Below are positions 28,329-39,321 of a DNA stretch of 64,000 nucleotides, piece by piece. Each line of letters begins with the position of its first letter. Within the stretch, counting starts at the first letter, position 1. Below the pieces are notes generated by a model, which was not told the origin of the DNA, ran no database searches, and saw nothing but the letters and a program-made list of their open reading frames with translations. Made by a program: the position numbers and the translations under genes. This stretch comes from Candidatus Poribacteria bacterium (GTDB lineage Bacteria > Poribacteria > WGA-4E > WGA-3G): NCBI GenBank assembly GCA_965205025.1, contig CBDBFU010000015.1:192001-256000 (forward strand), read 5' to 3'.

Positions 28329-29618
28329 CTAAATATATTTTTGGAAGACATCCATTAACTGCTGTGCGATGACTCCGTCATTAAACTTTTCATGTACATT
28401 CCTTTTTCCATCAATTCCTAACTGCTTTCTTTTAACAGGATCACGGAAGAGTTGTAGAATACCTTCAGCCAGTGCATCAGAAGAATCAGGTTCGACTAAG
28501 ATTCCTCCATGTGTAGCTTTTATCATCTCAGGAAACGATCCGTGCTGAGGTTGAACAACTGGCACTCCATTTGCTAGTGCTTCTAAGATAGATAAACCTT
28601 TTGATTCACGATATACAGTTGGTACAGAGAAAATATGCAAACGGTTAAAAAACTCAATCTTTTCTGTTCTATTCACTTCCCCAAAATGCACAAATCTCTC
28701 CCGTAACCCCCAAGAATTTATCTGATTCACTAATTCTTCAAAATAGGGTTCATCTTTTTTTCCCAGATATCCAGCGACATGTAACTCAACTGTATCGGAT
28801 CCAATTTCTTTTGTGAGTGTATAGAATGCATTGACCAAATGGTGTAACCCTTTTTCTGGACAGATACGAGCTAAATATCCGATAACAAGGGGTGGAGGAG
28901 CAGTTTTCTCATTAACCATGCCGTGTCCATCCAAATTCACACCTAAAGGAACAACATCAACCATATTGGTTGGAACTTTTAAGTATTCTTCAGCCATAAA
29001 TTCTGCATAATAGTAGCAGGGTGCAACAAATCCATCTGCATCTTTGGCTCGTTCAGCGAGGATTGCCAACGCCATATCCTTGTAAGGATCAATTAAATCT
29101 CTAAGAAAGATGTCTTCCCCTTGTAGAGCACAGACTACAGGTACATCTAATGCATTCTTAATTTCCCTGGTCATACCTACAAGCATAGAATTGGTCAGAT
29201 AAACGATATCCGGTTTGTCATTTTCTTTGAGCCATTTGACTAATTTATCCAATTCTTTCTTCTGTTTTCCATTTTCTGCTTTGAGCATAGACACCGTCAA
29301 CTTACCTAAGTCTCGTGCATCCGTAGAAGCACTAAACCGTCCTAAGCTGTTTAACAGTGATGGATTGTCAAGAATCCTATCAAATATCCATGGTGTATAA
29401 CGAAAGATGGCTAATTTTTGCTGTAGATATACATTAATTCCTCCATAGAAAATACGATTCATACTCACATTCTCTTCATCTGTTCGAGTTGGAGTATATG
29501 TTGGAATTAATGAAACGTCATGTCCCTGCTTTTTAAGAACATTTGCCACAGTATTGTCATGTATACAAGTACCACAGTACATACCTGCTGCACCTGCGGT
29601 AATATAAGCAACTTTCAT
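28329..29618 (-). CDS. Glycosyltransferase family 4 with N-terminal CxxC
   Basis: GYLARICPEKG, ESKGLSILEALANGVPVV; N-terminal AGAAGMYCGTCIHDN. Confidence 0.85.
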   Translation of the reverse strand: MKVAYITAGAAGMYCGTCIHDNTVANVLKKQGHDVSLIPTYTPTRTDEENVSMNRIFYGGINVYLQQKLAIFRYTPWIFDRILDNPSLLNSLGRFSASTDARDLGKLTVSMLKAENGKQKKELDKLVKWLKENDKPDIVYLTNSMLVGMTREIKNALDVPVVCALQGEDIFLRDLIDPYKDMALAILAERAKDADGFVAPCYYYAEFMAEEYLKVPTNMVDVVPLGVNLDGHGMVNEKTAPPPLVIGYLARICPEKGLHHLVNAFYTLTKEIGSDTVELHVAGYLGKKDEPYFEELVNQINSWGLRERFVHFGEVNRTEKIEFFNRLHIFSVPTVYRESKGLSILEALANGVPVVQPQHGSFPEMIKATHGGILVEPDSSDALAEGILQLFRDPVKRKQLGIDGKRNVHEKFNDGVIAQQLMDVFQKYI

Positions 29619-29655
29619 AAACTTTTCTCACCAATGATGGAATAGCATCTATTGG

Positions 29656-31134
29656 CTATGTATCGTCAACCTTTCCCATAGTAATAAATTTGTTTACTGT
29701 CTCTAAAGATGGAGGTTTCGTTATTACAGACACGAAGACCAAAGTCAGAGAAGATACTACTATGATTAGGGCTACAGGCATGATACCAGTTCCTCCGATT
29801 GTGTATCCGGGTGTCTTCCAGAAACTAAGAAAAAAATAAAGCCATAGTAAAATTACAACTATAATTGCAGTATAAACACCCGATTTTGTACTACGTTTCC
29901 AAAATAATGCAGCGACTACAATTGGAAATAAGCCAGAAAAACCGGTAAAGGACCAGATAGCCAGTTTAAATATACTTGGTGTAGCTATAAGCGAAATAAT
30001 ATATGTAATGCTAATGATAAATATAACAAATAACCGCCCAAGCCACACCTGCTGATATTCAGACATCTGTTCCTGTCCTTTTGTTCGAAGATAAGGACGG
30101 ACGATGTCGTGGGTAAACATACTACCGAGAGATAGTGATTGTGAATCAAGAGACGACATAATTGCAGCAAAAACACCTGCCGCTAAAAAACCTGATAGTA
30201 TACCTGGAGCATACTGACGAATCATAAGAATCAATACATCGTTAGCTGCAGGTCCCTTTAATCCACCAAAGTCAATATTACCTAAAATACCCAATAGGAC
30301 ACTTGGAATCCATACTATAGCAATACAGATCGGGTATAGGATAATTGGATAACGAAATGTACCAACATTTTTCGCTGTTAAACAATGTGAAAAGATGTGT
30401 GGAAACATGCCAACTGATAACGGGATGCATGTATAGGTTAATAACTCTAAAGGTTTAATATTTCCTTCTTGCATTAATAGGTTGGAATCAATAGTTTTTA
30501 AGGCATTTGAAAACCCACCCATGCCTTTCATAATGACGATAAACGTTAATGCACCGAGTGTCATGAAAACCAGAGTTTGGAATGTGTTTACCCATGCAGT
30601 TCCGCGCATTCCACTATATGTAACATAACAAAGAACGACTGCACATATGAGTAGTCCTCCTAACCATTGCGGTATAGTGTTTTCTGTGATAGTGGATAGA
30701 GTACGTCCACCCCCTACTACTCCAATAAGTAGATAAGGTATTAAAAGCAAGACAAGAACTGTAAACAACAGTAAACCCAATCCGTTTGATTCCCATCTGT
30801 CACGGAAGAATTGTACTTGTGTTATATACCCAAATTGTTTCCCTATTTTCCATAGACGTGTGCCAATAAATAGAAAAACACAAGGCACAATAATAGCGGA
30901 AGATGATGCCATTAACGCGAATACACCGATTCCTCTATGATATGCTTCTCCTGATGCTCCCAATATTGAAAAAGCAGTCATGTTTGTACCAAACAATGAC
31001 ATCAATAACATGAACCAATTTATGTTTCGACTTGCAACAAAATAGTCTTCTCCAGTCTTTCTGAAGAACTTATGGCTTATGATCCCTAAGCTAAGTACTA
31101 AAGCAAGATATATAAATATGATAGCCAGGATCAT
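29656..31134 (-). CDS. Sodium:solute symporter (SSS) family protein
   Basis: EDYFVASR, GMRGTAWVNTFQ, AAIMSSLDSQ; ~13 TM. Confidence 0.9.
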   Translation of the reverse strand: MILAIIFIYLALVLSLGIISHKFFRKTGEDYFVASRNINWFMLLMSLFGTNMTAFSILGASGEAYHRGIGVFALMASSSAIIVPCVFLFIGTRLWKIGKQFGYITQVQFFRDRWESNGLGLLLFTVLVLLLIPYLLIGVVGGGRTLSTITENTIPQWLGGLLICAVVLCYVTYSGMRGTAWVNTFQTLVFMTLGALTFIVIMKGMGGFSNALKTIDSNLLMQEGNIKPLELLTYTCIPLSVGMFPHIFSHCLTAKNVGTFRYPIILYPICIAIVWIPSVLLGILGNIDFGGLKGPAANDVLILMIRQYAPGILSGFLAAGVFAAIMSSLDSQSLSLGSMFTHDIVRPYLRTKGQEQMSEYQQVWLGRLFVIFIISITYIISLIATPSIFKLAIWSFTGFSGLFPIVVAALFWKRSTKSGVYTAIIVVILLWLYFFLSFWKTPGYTIGGTGIMPVALIIVVSSLTLVFVSVITKPPSLETVNKFITMGKVDDT

Positions 31135-31328
31135 TTGTCACTCCAAGCATATTTAACTATAAAAAACATAAGTAAAGATGTACCGAGACAAAACAGTATA
31201 TGGTAAAGTAGACCGACAGGTAATCCTAAGACAATCTGGGGAGACTTCCAGAACCAAAAATCGTTATGAAAAAATAAGAATAGTATTATTAAGCTATATA
31301 GAATCCATTTAAATGTATTCTTCATCAT
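31131..31328 (-). CDS. Small membrane protein accompanying SSS transporters (DUF3311-like)
   Basis: RBS aggagaggag, ATG at 31328; HNDFWFW...LGLPVGLLYH; overlaps the SSS start. Confidence 0.7.
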   Translation of the reverse strand: MMKNTFKWILYSLIILFLFFHNDFWFWKSPQIVLGLPVGLLYHILFCLGTSLLMFFIVKYAWSDK

Positions 31329-33369
31329 ATCTCCTCTCCTTACTTCTATTATAATAAATGATTCCAGCACTTGCAAGTATTGCAATAGCATGAATCCAAA
31401 TTACACTCAATTCTGTCGGTATAAAAAATAGAAATATAGCTGATATCAACAGAATAGCACGTTCCCATAGCGAAAATTTGGTATATACATATCCGGATAT
31501 AGAAGCTGCGAAAATAATTGTTCCCAACAATGTTAATAAGAGATTGATTGACACAACCCATATTTCAGGATTGCCACCATCAGAATTTAACCAAAGTAAT
31601 TCTGGTCGGAGGACAAAAGCATAGGGAAGTGCAAAACCAACGATTGCAAAACGAAAAGCAGCTAAAGCTGTTTTCATAATACCTGCATCCGCAATAGCAG
31701 CAGCAGTGTAGGCAGCTAAAGCAACAGGAGGAGTCACCATTGACATCATACCAAAATAGAATATGAAAAAATGTGCAGCCAAAGGTACGACCCCTAAATC
31801 AACAAGTACAGGACCAAGTAGAATAGCCATCAAGAGGTAACACACAGATGATGGTAAGCCCATACCTAATATAATGGTTGATACCATAAGTAGTAATAAC
31901 GCTAAAATTAGATTGGTTTGAGCTAAAGGGAATATAGCTGCGGGTAATTTTGAACCGACACCCGTTAGTGTGACGACACCTAAGATAATCCCCACACACG
32001 AAGCAGCTGCTATGAGGGATACACCACTATGTGCTGCACCTTCCATACTCTTCAGAATGCCAGTAATTCCGATACGAGTCTGCCTATCAAATAAACTTAA
32101 TATCAAGACAACAAGTAGACTCCAACTAACAGCTCGAAACGGTGTTGAACCTAATAATAGAAATCCAATTAATGTCAGAAAGGCAGCAATGAAAACTATT
32201 CCCTGCATCAACGGTAGTTTTTCAGTCTGTGTTTCAGATTGTATATTTCCGTCTGTTTCATTATCTGCATGTGTCAAATCATTTGGTTGCTTTCGGATCT
32301 GTTTTGCATAGAAATGAACAATTAGTAATAGGGCAGTATAATACAGGATTGCTGGTAATAAGGCAGCCTGAATAATCTGAAGATACGTGACAGAGGGTTC
32401 GACAATTTCTAACATCATATACGCGCCTGCTCCCATAATCGGAGGAACTAAGGCACCACCAGAACTTGCTGCAGCTTCAACCCCTCCAGCTATTGGAGGT
32501 TTAAAACCTACACCCCGCATCAATGGAATTGTGAAAGTACCTGTTGTTGCAGTATTTGCAACTGCTGACCCTGAGAGTGAACCCATCAGACCACTTGCGA
32601 TGACAGCAACTTTTGCCGGACTACCTACACTATCACCAAATATCCTTCTGACAAAGCTTAGGATGTAATTTGTAGCACCTGTGCGTTCCAGAAATGCACC
32701 AAACAGAACAAATAGAAACACATAGGTAAACATCACTCGAAGTGCTATACCGAAAGTTCCAGCATGAAGGAAGGTATGACTGATAATTCGTTGCAGTGAG
32801 AATCCTCGATGCGGAAATAACCAATGTGGCATATACTGTCCAAATCCCGCATAGATGAGGAATACAGAAGAGAGAAGTGCAAGTGTAATCCCAACTGAAC
32901 GACGAGTGGCTTCAAGGATTAATAGAATACCTACGCCACCTACCACAAAGTCAATAGGGTGTTCGTTAGAAACCCTATCCCCAAGGTAAATCCCTTTCAA
33001 CCATAATGATTTGAAAAATGGTTCAGTTTGAATTACTACATACCCGAAACAAACAATTACACATCCTACGAATACATAATCAAGGATTAGAAGTAATGAT
33101 TTATCTTCCAATTTCTTATGTATCGGATATTTCAGAAATACGACGATTAGACCCAACATGGCAAACAGAGCTAAAGCAGATTGAGGTCTCAATATAGGAT
33201 AATTAACTTCGGATAATATGAACAGACTTAGGAGAACTGCTACCGGTAAAATTAAGAGTTTTTTTATCTGTTTCAAGTGTGGAACGAACCTGTGTTTCAA
33301 TGACGAGTTTCGTTGGATTAAGGTATGGATTGGGAATTTTTGAATTACTAAATCCCACTGAGGGTTCAA
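31309..33369 (-). CDS. TRAP transporter fused 4TM/12TM permease (TAXI type)
   Basis: LEATRR, GSPAKVAV, SGSAVAN, EAAASSGGALVPPIMGAGA, GMGLP, TPPVALAAY; exact start uncertain. Confidence 0.9.
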   Translation of the reverse strand: MNPQWDLVIQKFPIHTLIQRNSSLKHRFVPHLKQIKKLLILPVAVLLSLFILSEVNYPILRPQSALALFAMLGLIVVFLKYPIHKKLEDKSLLLILDYVFVGCVIVCFGYVVIQTEPFFKSLWLKGIYLGDRVSNEHPIDFVVGGVGILLILEATRRSVGITLALLSSVFLIYAGFGQYMPHWLFPHRGFSLQRIISHTFLHAGTFGIALRVMFTYVFLFVLFGAFLERTGATNYILSFVRRIFGDSVGSPAKVAVIASGLMGSLSGSAVANTATTGTFTIPLMRGVGFKPPIAGGVEAAASSGGALVPPIMGAGAYMMLEIVEPSVTYLQIIQAALLPAILYYTALLLIVHFYAKQIRKQPNDLTHADNETDGNIQSETQTEKLPLMQGIVFIAAFLTLIGFLLLGSTPFRAVSWSLLVVLILSLFDRQTRIGITGILKSMEGAAHSGVSLIAAASCVGIILGVVTLTGVGSKLPAAIFPLAQTNLILALLLLMVSTIILGMGLPSSVCYLLMAILLGPVLVDLGVVPLAAHFFIFYFGMMSMVTPPVALAAYTAAAIADAGIMKTALAAFRFAIVGFALPYAFVLRPELLWLNSDGGNPEIWVVSINLLLTLLGTIIFAASISGYVYTKFSLWERAILLISAIFLFFIPTELSVIWIHAIAILASAGIIYYNRSKERRYDEEYI

Positions 33370-33569
33370 GTAAGTTTAATAGAAACAAGGTATCATGTCA
33401 AATTAAATGGGTTATCTGAAATATAAAATAACCTGAGTTCAATGCAAGATAAATGTAGTTTTAACTCCTTAAATCCTGCCTTGAAAACAGCGTGTGAGAT
33501 GAATTTGTTAATCAAAGTATTCTGCGTGGATGTTGGGGTTCGGAACCCATTCCTACCAAGAGTTTAATG

Positions 33570-34583
33570 TTATTCAGTCAACGATCTACCTTTGAATACA
33601 GAATATAGATACCAGAAAGCGGGGATTAACAAGATCCCACCAATTATGATTATTATTAATACTGGTCTTAATACTGATTCAGGTGCTGCAGTATTTGAAA
33701 AAGTCAGATCGGGTGTAACCAGATATGGATACTGCGACAATCCCCAACCGAGTATGATGAGTGCAACCTGAATAGGAACTACAATACGTGCGAGTTGAAA
33801 ATGACGGTTCCAAATAGACCATATTCCAAGAATAGCGACAAGACCTGTGACAATATGAAATGGTATCGACCATTTCATATTGCCTAATCCTGCTCGTATA
33901 GCCGGAGCACCTTTGGTAGAAAGTAGGAAACTGATACCTGCCATGACACCTACACTGATTGTTGCGATCAGTGCACGTAAACGGAAGTCATCTTGTATAG
34001 ATGAATCTTCAGTTTCAAGTGTAAGATATACTGCAGCAAGCATAGCACAGATAGTTAGTGTAAACAAACCGATTGCAAACGGAAATGGTGCAAACCACGA
34101 AGAAATGAAGTCTGTCTGAATTTCAGCAGTTTCAGGATTGGCATGTATAGTTCCTGAAGCAATTGCTCCTAAAGTGATACCTAACATGATAGGTGTGATG
34201 ATACTCCCAATCGCAAAGAGCCGACTCCATCGAAGATGAACTCTGTCTGATTGATCGTCGTATGTTCGGAAGACAAATGCAGTCCCCCGTAATACAATTC
34301 CGATTAACATGAGCGTGAGTGGGATATGTAATGCTGTCCCAATAGTAGCAAATGCAACTGGGAACGCTACAAAAAGCAACACGACGATAACAATTAACCA
34401 CACATGGTTTGCCTCCCAAATTGGAGCGAGAGCATGATGTATGATGTCACGTTGAGTTTTCCCACGCTCTCCAATTGCAAACAGATCCCATACGCCTCCA
34501 CCGAAGTCAGCACCTCCGGTTAGCATGTATAGGATGAGTGAAATCAACATGATGATTGCAAGATATAATTCAAGACCCATCAT
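33570..34583 (-). CDS. cydB: Cytochrome bd ubiquinol oxidase subunit II
   Basis: GADFGGG, PIWEANHVWL, LRGTAFVFR. Confidence 0.9.
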   Translation of the reverse strand: MMGLELYLAIIMLISLILYMLTGGADFGGGVWDLFAIGERGKTQRDIIHHALAPIWEANHVWLIVIVVLLFVAFPVAFATIGTALHIPLTLMLIGIVLRGTAFVFRTYDDQSDRVHLRWSRLFAIGSIITPIMLGITLGAIASGTIHANPETAEIQTDFISSWFAPFPFAIGLFTLTICAMLAAVYLTLETEDSSIQDDFRLRALIATISVGVMAGISFLLSTKGAPAIRAGLGNMKWSIPFHIVTGLVAILGIWSIWNRHFQLARIVVPIQVALIILGWGLSQYPYLVTPDLTFSNTAAPESVLRPVLIIIIIGGILLIPAFWYLYSVFKGRSLTE

Positions 34584-34638
34584 AGAATCCTATTCACCAC
34601 TCAGGAAATTGATATTAGAACATTGGATACTTACTTAT

Positions 34639-35928
34639 TCACTCATGGAACATCTGTCGGCGTAAGAGTATGACAACTACGATTGATAGGAATATGTAGA
34701 GTATTGTGAAACCGATGAAAGGTATAATCAGGTTTGGCATGGATGTAACAGCATCTTTAGTTTTCATAATGTTATATATTATCCAGGGTTGTCTTCCTAC
34801 CTCAGTGACTGTCCACCCAGCTTCTATAGCGATAAAACCGAGTGGAGAGCAAATTGTGACAAATCTGAGATACCAAGTTTGTGTTGGTAGTCCTTTCTTT
34901 TTCCATGCTAACCAACCCCCAAGAATACCAGCAATAATCATGACTATTCCACATGCTACCATAATCTGAAATGCAAAATGGACAATTACGACAGGAGGAC
35001 GATTTTCTTTCGGAACATCTTTGAGACCCATTATTTCAGAATTGGGATCAAAGTTCGCAAGAAAACTTAAGGCTTTTGGAATTTCTAAAGCATATCTTGT
35101 TTCTTCAGCGTCTTCATCCGGTATACCACCTATGCGAAGTGGTGCACCCCGTTCTGTTTCCCACTGTCCTTCCATTGCAGCAAGTTTTATGGGTTGGTAT
35201 TTTGCAAGACGTTTTGCACTAATATCACCTGAAATCGGTTGAAGAATTGCTACTACCCCTCCTACACTCAAGGCGATTGCAAATGCTTTACGATGAAATT
35301 GATTGTCTGGGTCACGTCTTAGAAAATATGCATGTATCCCTGCTACTGCAAATGCGACAGCAAGGAATGCCGCCAGTGTCATATGCAATGCTTGGGAAAA
35401 TGAAGAAGGATTCAACATAGCAGCAATAGGATCAATATTAGTCACTTTACCGTCAATGATAGAGAAACCTGTAGGAGTATTCATCCATGCGTTAGCAGTA
35501 ACAACGAATATGCCTGAAAACATACCACCTAATAAAACCATTATACCAGACAACCAATGGATTTTCCGCGGCACACGTTCCCAACCATATAAGTATATAC
35601 CAAGGAAAATTGCTTCAATAAAGAATGCTAATCCTTCAAGCGAAAATGGCATCCCAATAATTGGACCAGCATAAGCCATAAAGGTTGGCCACAGTAGACC
35701 TAATTCAAAGGAAAGTACTGTCCCAGATACTGCCCCCACAGCAAACATAATTGCCGTACCTTTGGACCAGCGTTTCGCTAAGGTGAGATAGGTATTGTCA
35801 CCTGTTCTCAACCATAATCCTTCAGCAATCACCATCAGCAAAGGCATTGCAATGCCGACACAAGCAAAGATAATGTGAAATCCGAGGGACATTGCCATTT
35901 GAAAACGAGCTGCTAATAGATCTTCCAT
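34639..35928 (-). CDS. cydA: Cytochrome bd ubiquinol oxidase subunit I (short Q-loop type)
   Basis: ARFQMAMSLGFHIIF, QPIKLAAMEG, GWTVTEVGRQPW. Confidence 0.92.
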   Translation of the reverse strand: MEDLLAARFQMAMSLGFHIIFACVGIAMPLLMVIAEGLWLRTGDNTYLTLAKRWSKGTAIMFAVGAVSGTVLSFELGLLWPTFMAYAGPIIGMPFSLEGLAFFIEAIFLGIYLYGWERVPRKIHWLSGIMVLLGGMFSGIFVVTANAWMNTPTGFSIIDGKVTNIDPIAAMLNPSSFSQALHMTLAAFLAVAFAVAGIHAYFLRRDPDNQFHRKAFAIALSVGGVVAILQPISGDISAKRLAKYQPIKLAAMEGQWETERGAPLRIGGIPDEDAEETRYALEIPKALSFLANFDPNSEIMGLKDVPKENRPPVVIVHFAFQIMVACGIVMIIAGILGGWLAWKKKGLPTQTWYLRFVTICSPLGFIAIEAGWTVTEVGRQPWIIYNIMKTKDAVTSMPNLIIPFIGFTILYIFLSIVVVILLRRQMFHE

Positions 35929-35951
35929 AATATACCCATCGATTATCTAAA

Positions 35952-36015
35952 TATATTGTGAGTTCAATGTTAGAAAATGAAGTTTTAATATATCATAAGT
36001 CAAACTCACAATATA
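35952..36015. repeat. Short inverted-repeat element (AACGTGAGTT-type ends)
   Basis: tatattgtgagtt ... aactcacaatata; related ends at ~11860/11940, 24567 and 27600. Confidence 0.45.
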
Positions 36016-36065
36016 GTAGAATACTTGTATATCAATTACACCATGTACTATAAACAAACTCCAAT

Positions 36066-36091
36066 AAAAAAGGCGGGTTATGAACCCGCCT
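36066..36091 (-). terminator. Rho-independent terminator after the PhyH gene
   Basis: aggcgggtt-atg-aacccgcct stem with adjacent A-run. Confidence 0.75.
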
Positions 36092-36107
36092 GATAGTTTA
36101 GGATAGA

Positions 36108-36947
36108 TTACGCTACCCACGGTTCGAGACCGAGAAGTTTCTTACCTAAAGGAGTCAATACTGCAGTTGTACCTTCATGGTGTTCTTTCTCTTTCTGATT
36201 CTTTCCAAGTCCTGTCAACCGTTCACGCCAACCTTGGACTCTACCTTCATGAGTATCTCTACCTTCATTTGGTGCAGGTGACATTGTGATATATTGTGCC
36301 ATTCGTGGACGAACTGCTGAATTTGGACTGCTACCATGTGGTAAGGCACTATGCCATATAACAAGATCTCCTGCTTTTCCGGCTACTGGAACAGCTTTAT
36401 CTTGAAATTGTTCTCGGACGCTCTGTCCAGGGTTAGCATCTGAAGGCAGGTTGTTTAGCCAATCTTCCAATGTGAGATGAAATCCTGGAACACAGGTAAA
36501 TGCTCCTTGATTACCTGGTGTATCTGCCAAATATAAAACACCTTGCACTCTCAGTGTTACAGGCATGCTGTCTAAGGACATATCCCAATGTAAATAGGGT
36601 CCAGTAAACTTCCAATCATCTCGTTCAGGAGGGTTCATACTTGCTCTATCAAAGCTGACCAAGAGTTTTTCAGTTCCCCATATTTCTGAAAAAGCCTGAT
36701 GAACACGAGGATATTGGCGGTTATCCCATAAAGTTTGATGTTGATATATCTCGACCATGATGCTTCTTCTTGGAGGGTCTGGATACCAACTATCCGTATT
36801 ATCACGGTCCATTTCGAGGAAATCCCAAACTGCTTGTTCCGCAGCACGACAATTCTCGGGTGGTACTGCTTCTCGAACAACTACGTAACCATTTTCTTCC
36901 CAAAATTCAAGATCTTCTTTACTTAATACAGGCATACAAATCTCCAA
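36108..36947 (-). CDS. Phytanoyl-CoA dioxygenase (PhyH) family protein
   Basis: FWEENGYVVV, LHWD, VPGFH, GDLVIWHSALPHG. Confidence 0.85.
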   Translation of the reverse strand: MEICMPVLSKEDLEFWEENGYVVVREAVPPENCRAAEQAVWDFLEMDRDNTDSWYPDPPRRSIMVEIYQHQTLWDNRQYPRVHQAFSEIWGTEKLLVSFDRASMNPPERDDWKFTGPYLHWDMSLDSMPVTLRVQGVLYLADTPGNQGAFTCVPGFHLTLEDWLNNLPSDANPGQSVREQFQDKAVPVAGKAGDLVIWHSALPHGSSPNSAVRPRMAQYITMSPAPNEGRDTHEGRVQGWRERLTGLGKNQKEKEHHEGTTAVLTPLGKKLLGLEPWVA

Positions 36948-37024
36948 TTATGAAAGATAGTTTGAATCTAATTACAGACAGATTATTATGTTATCTGAGT
37001 AATCTTTACATTTAGATGTGAATG

Positions 37025-37709
37025 CTATTCTATGAAATGCTTGCGTGCATATTTAAGTCGTTCAGGGACTCCTATATCTATCCACTCAGTATCCACTTTG
37101 TAGACGTAGAGGTTTTGCAAGTTTGGAAACACATCGCGTTCAATTGAGAACACTTCTTTATCGGGAAATGCATCAATAATACTGTGATTAAACAAGAAGA
37201 TAGCACCATTTGCACACCCGGGACGATTAACCTGCTGTTTTTCACGAAACTGAGTTATACGTCCTTTGTTATCGGCAACTATTTCTCCATAGGATGAAAG
37301 GTCAGAGACAGATATACCAAGTAATAATCCGTCCATCTCTGGAAGTAGGTAAGATACCATGTTTTTTAGGGAAAAACCTTTTAATAGAATATCACCGTGT
37401 AGAACAAAAACAGGAAAATCTTCGACGAATTGGAAGGCGTTCTGAATTGCCCCACCTGTCCCAAGTGGTTTATCCTCTTTTGCGTACCGAATTTTTATAC
37501 CATCCAGATTCTCCCCAACTCGTGAATATATTACATCATGTAAATGTCCAGAAGCAAGGATGACTTCACTAACACCAGCCTTTGATAATAGATCTATCTG
37601 CCAGTTTAATACAGTTCGGTTTCCTATTGTCAGTAAGATTTTAGGTGTTTTCTTAGTAGCTTTACCCAGTCTTGTTGGAGAGTCCTCCACAAAGGATAAT
37701 CGCTTGCAT
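37025..37709 (-). CDS. Sugar-phosphate nucleotidyltransferase (GmhB/HddC- or GDP-mannose pyrophosphorylase-like); +1 frameshift near codon 11
   Basis: Start ATG at 37709 gives MQAIILCGGL; removing one base restores (S)TRLG...PK; EDKPLGTGGAI, WIDIG. Confidence 0.75.
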
Positions 37710-37730
37710 TACAGAATTCCTTGATAGAGA

Positions 37731-37861
37731 ATAGTGTGGTTTCCTTCAATTGATATATGTAGATCTGTGTAGTTAGTACAACATGCTGACTAACACGATG
37801 TTCAGTTCTGCAGTAAACTGAACAGTCAACATTTTAAAATATCAATATTAAACCACACTAT
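37731..37861. mobile_element. MITE-like element with 12-bp perfect TIR
   Basis: atagtgtggttt ... aaaccacactat with two internal hairpins. Confidence 0.5.
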
Positions 37862-37873
37862 GTGAGGTTAACT

Positions 37874-38251
37874 TCAGGGATAATTAAATTCAAATGCGCT
37901 TTTAATCTGTTCAAGACGAAGTAGTTCGAGATCTCGGGTTAACTGTATCGCAATAACATCAAAACGACAAGACGTATCTATTAGGTTATGTTTTTGTAAA
38001 TAGGCTAATGCAATTTTTGAAATTTGTCTTTGTTTCTGTTCAGTCACAGCAGATTGTGGTAACCCATACTTCAGGCTGCGACGCGTCTTGACTTCAACAA
38101 AAACTATCCGTTCTTCATGCTTAGCGATAATATCAATTTCACCACGTTGAAATCGATAATTCTCTGCAAGTATCTGATATCCTTGTGTCTTTAGATGTTG
38201 TACAGCAAGTTTCTCACCAATTTTAGCAATGTTCTGTAATGAAGGATGCAT
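37874..38251 (-). CDS. yraN: YraN (UPF0102) family endonuclease-like protein
   Basis: GEKLA...GEIDII...VFVEVKTR...CRFDV; follows rnhB. Confidence 0.9.
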   Translation of the reverse strand: MHPSLQNIAKIGEKLAVQHLKTQGYQILAENYRFQRGEIDIIAKHEERIVFVEVKTRRSLKYGLPQSAVTEQKQRQISKIALAYLQKHNLIDTSCRFDVIAIQLTRDLELLRLEQIKSAFEFNYP

Positions 38252-38292
38252 CCATCTTCCTAAATCATAGATATTACATTCGGGAGGGTCTA

Positions 38293-38883
38293 CTATTCTA
38301 CATATAATTTGAATGATTTTCTGTGAATATCTGTTGGACCGAATTTGACAATTGCACGCCGGTGCAGGACAGTAGGATATCCTTTATGTTGTGGGAAACA
38401 GTATTCTGGATAAATACTATCAAATTCAATCATGAGTCTATCACGTGTTGTTTTTGCCACAATAGAAGCAGCTGCAATAGACACACTAAGATTATCACCT
38501 TTTGGAATAGCTTCTCCAGAAATATGGGAATCTGGCATTTTTGAACCATCAACAAGTAGATAGTCTGGTTGATGAGCAAGTTGTGCTACTGCCTTATTCA
38601 TTGCTTGAAGTGTTGCCTGTAGGATATTTATCTCGTCAATTGTATGATTATCTGTTATACCTACTCCCACTGAAATTGCTTTAGATTTTATTACATCTAC
38701 CAGAACGTTTCGCTGTTTAGCTGTCAATTGTTTAGAATCTTTTAAACCCTCAAATTGACATTCAGCAGGTAATATAACTGCTGCAGCAACTACAGGTCCC
38801 GCTAACGCTCCTCTACCTGCTTCATCAATTCCGGCTATGTTCTTATAACCTTTATTTAGACATGCACGTTCGTATGCATACAT
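38293..38883 (-). CDS. rnhB: Ribonuclease HII
   Basis: GIDEAGRGALAGPVVAAAV, DSK, IAAASIVAK, HKGYPT. Confidence 0.95.
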   Translation of the reverse strand: MYAYERACLNKGYKNIAGIDEAGRGALAGPVVAAAVILPAECQFEGLKDSKQLTAKQRNVLVDVIKSKAISVGVGITDNHTIDEINILQATLQAMNKAVAQLAHQPDYLLVDGSKMPDSHISGEAIPKGDNLSVSIAAASIVAKTTRDRLMIEFDSIYPEYCFPQHKGYPTVLHRRAIVKFGPTDIHRKSFKLYVE

Positions 38884-38898
38884 TCATATTCCATGTGA

Positions 38899-39243
38899 TT
38901 ATCTTCTTTCTTCTCTGACGCGAGCAGACCTACCTGTACGATCTCGTAAATAGTATAATTTCGCACGGCGAACAGAACCATATCTGACTACACTGATACT
39001 TTCAATATTCGGTGAATGTAAAGGAAATGTCCTTTCACTTCCGGTTCCGAAAGCTACTCTTCGTACAGTAAAAGACGCTCGAGTACCACTATGGGCACGA
39101 CGAATTACCGTTCCTTCATAAGCCTGAATTCGTTCTTTTTGTCCTTCTCGTATTCGGGTATTCACCCGTACAATGTCCCCTGGACCAAAGTTTGGAATAT
39201 TATCTTTTACATATTGGTTTTCAACAGACTGAATCAAGTTCAT
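38899..39243 (-). CDS. rplS: 50S ribosomal protein L19
   Basis: ERIQAYEG, ERTFPLHSP, VRRAKLYYLR. Confidence 0.97.
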   Translation of the reverse strand: MNLIQSVENQYVKDNIPNFGPGDIVRVNTRIREGQKERIQAYEGTVIRRAHSGTRASFTVRRVAFGTGSERTFPLHSPNIESISVVRYGSVRRAKLYYLRDRTGRSARVREERR

Positions 39244-39321
39244 TGTTCTCTCCTCCTTTCAATTCTTATCATATATCAAGACTATGATAAGGTATTTGAT
39301 TCCTCTTCTAAATGAATGTTA

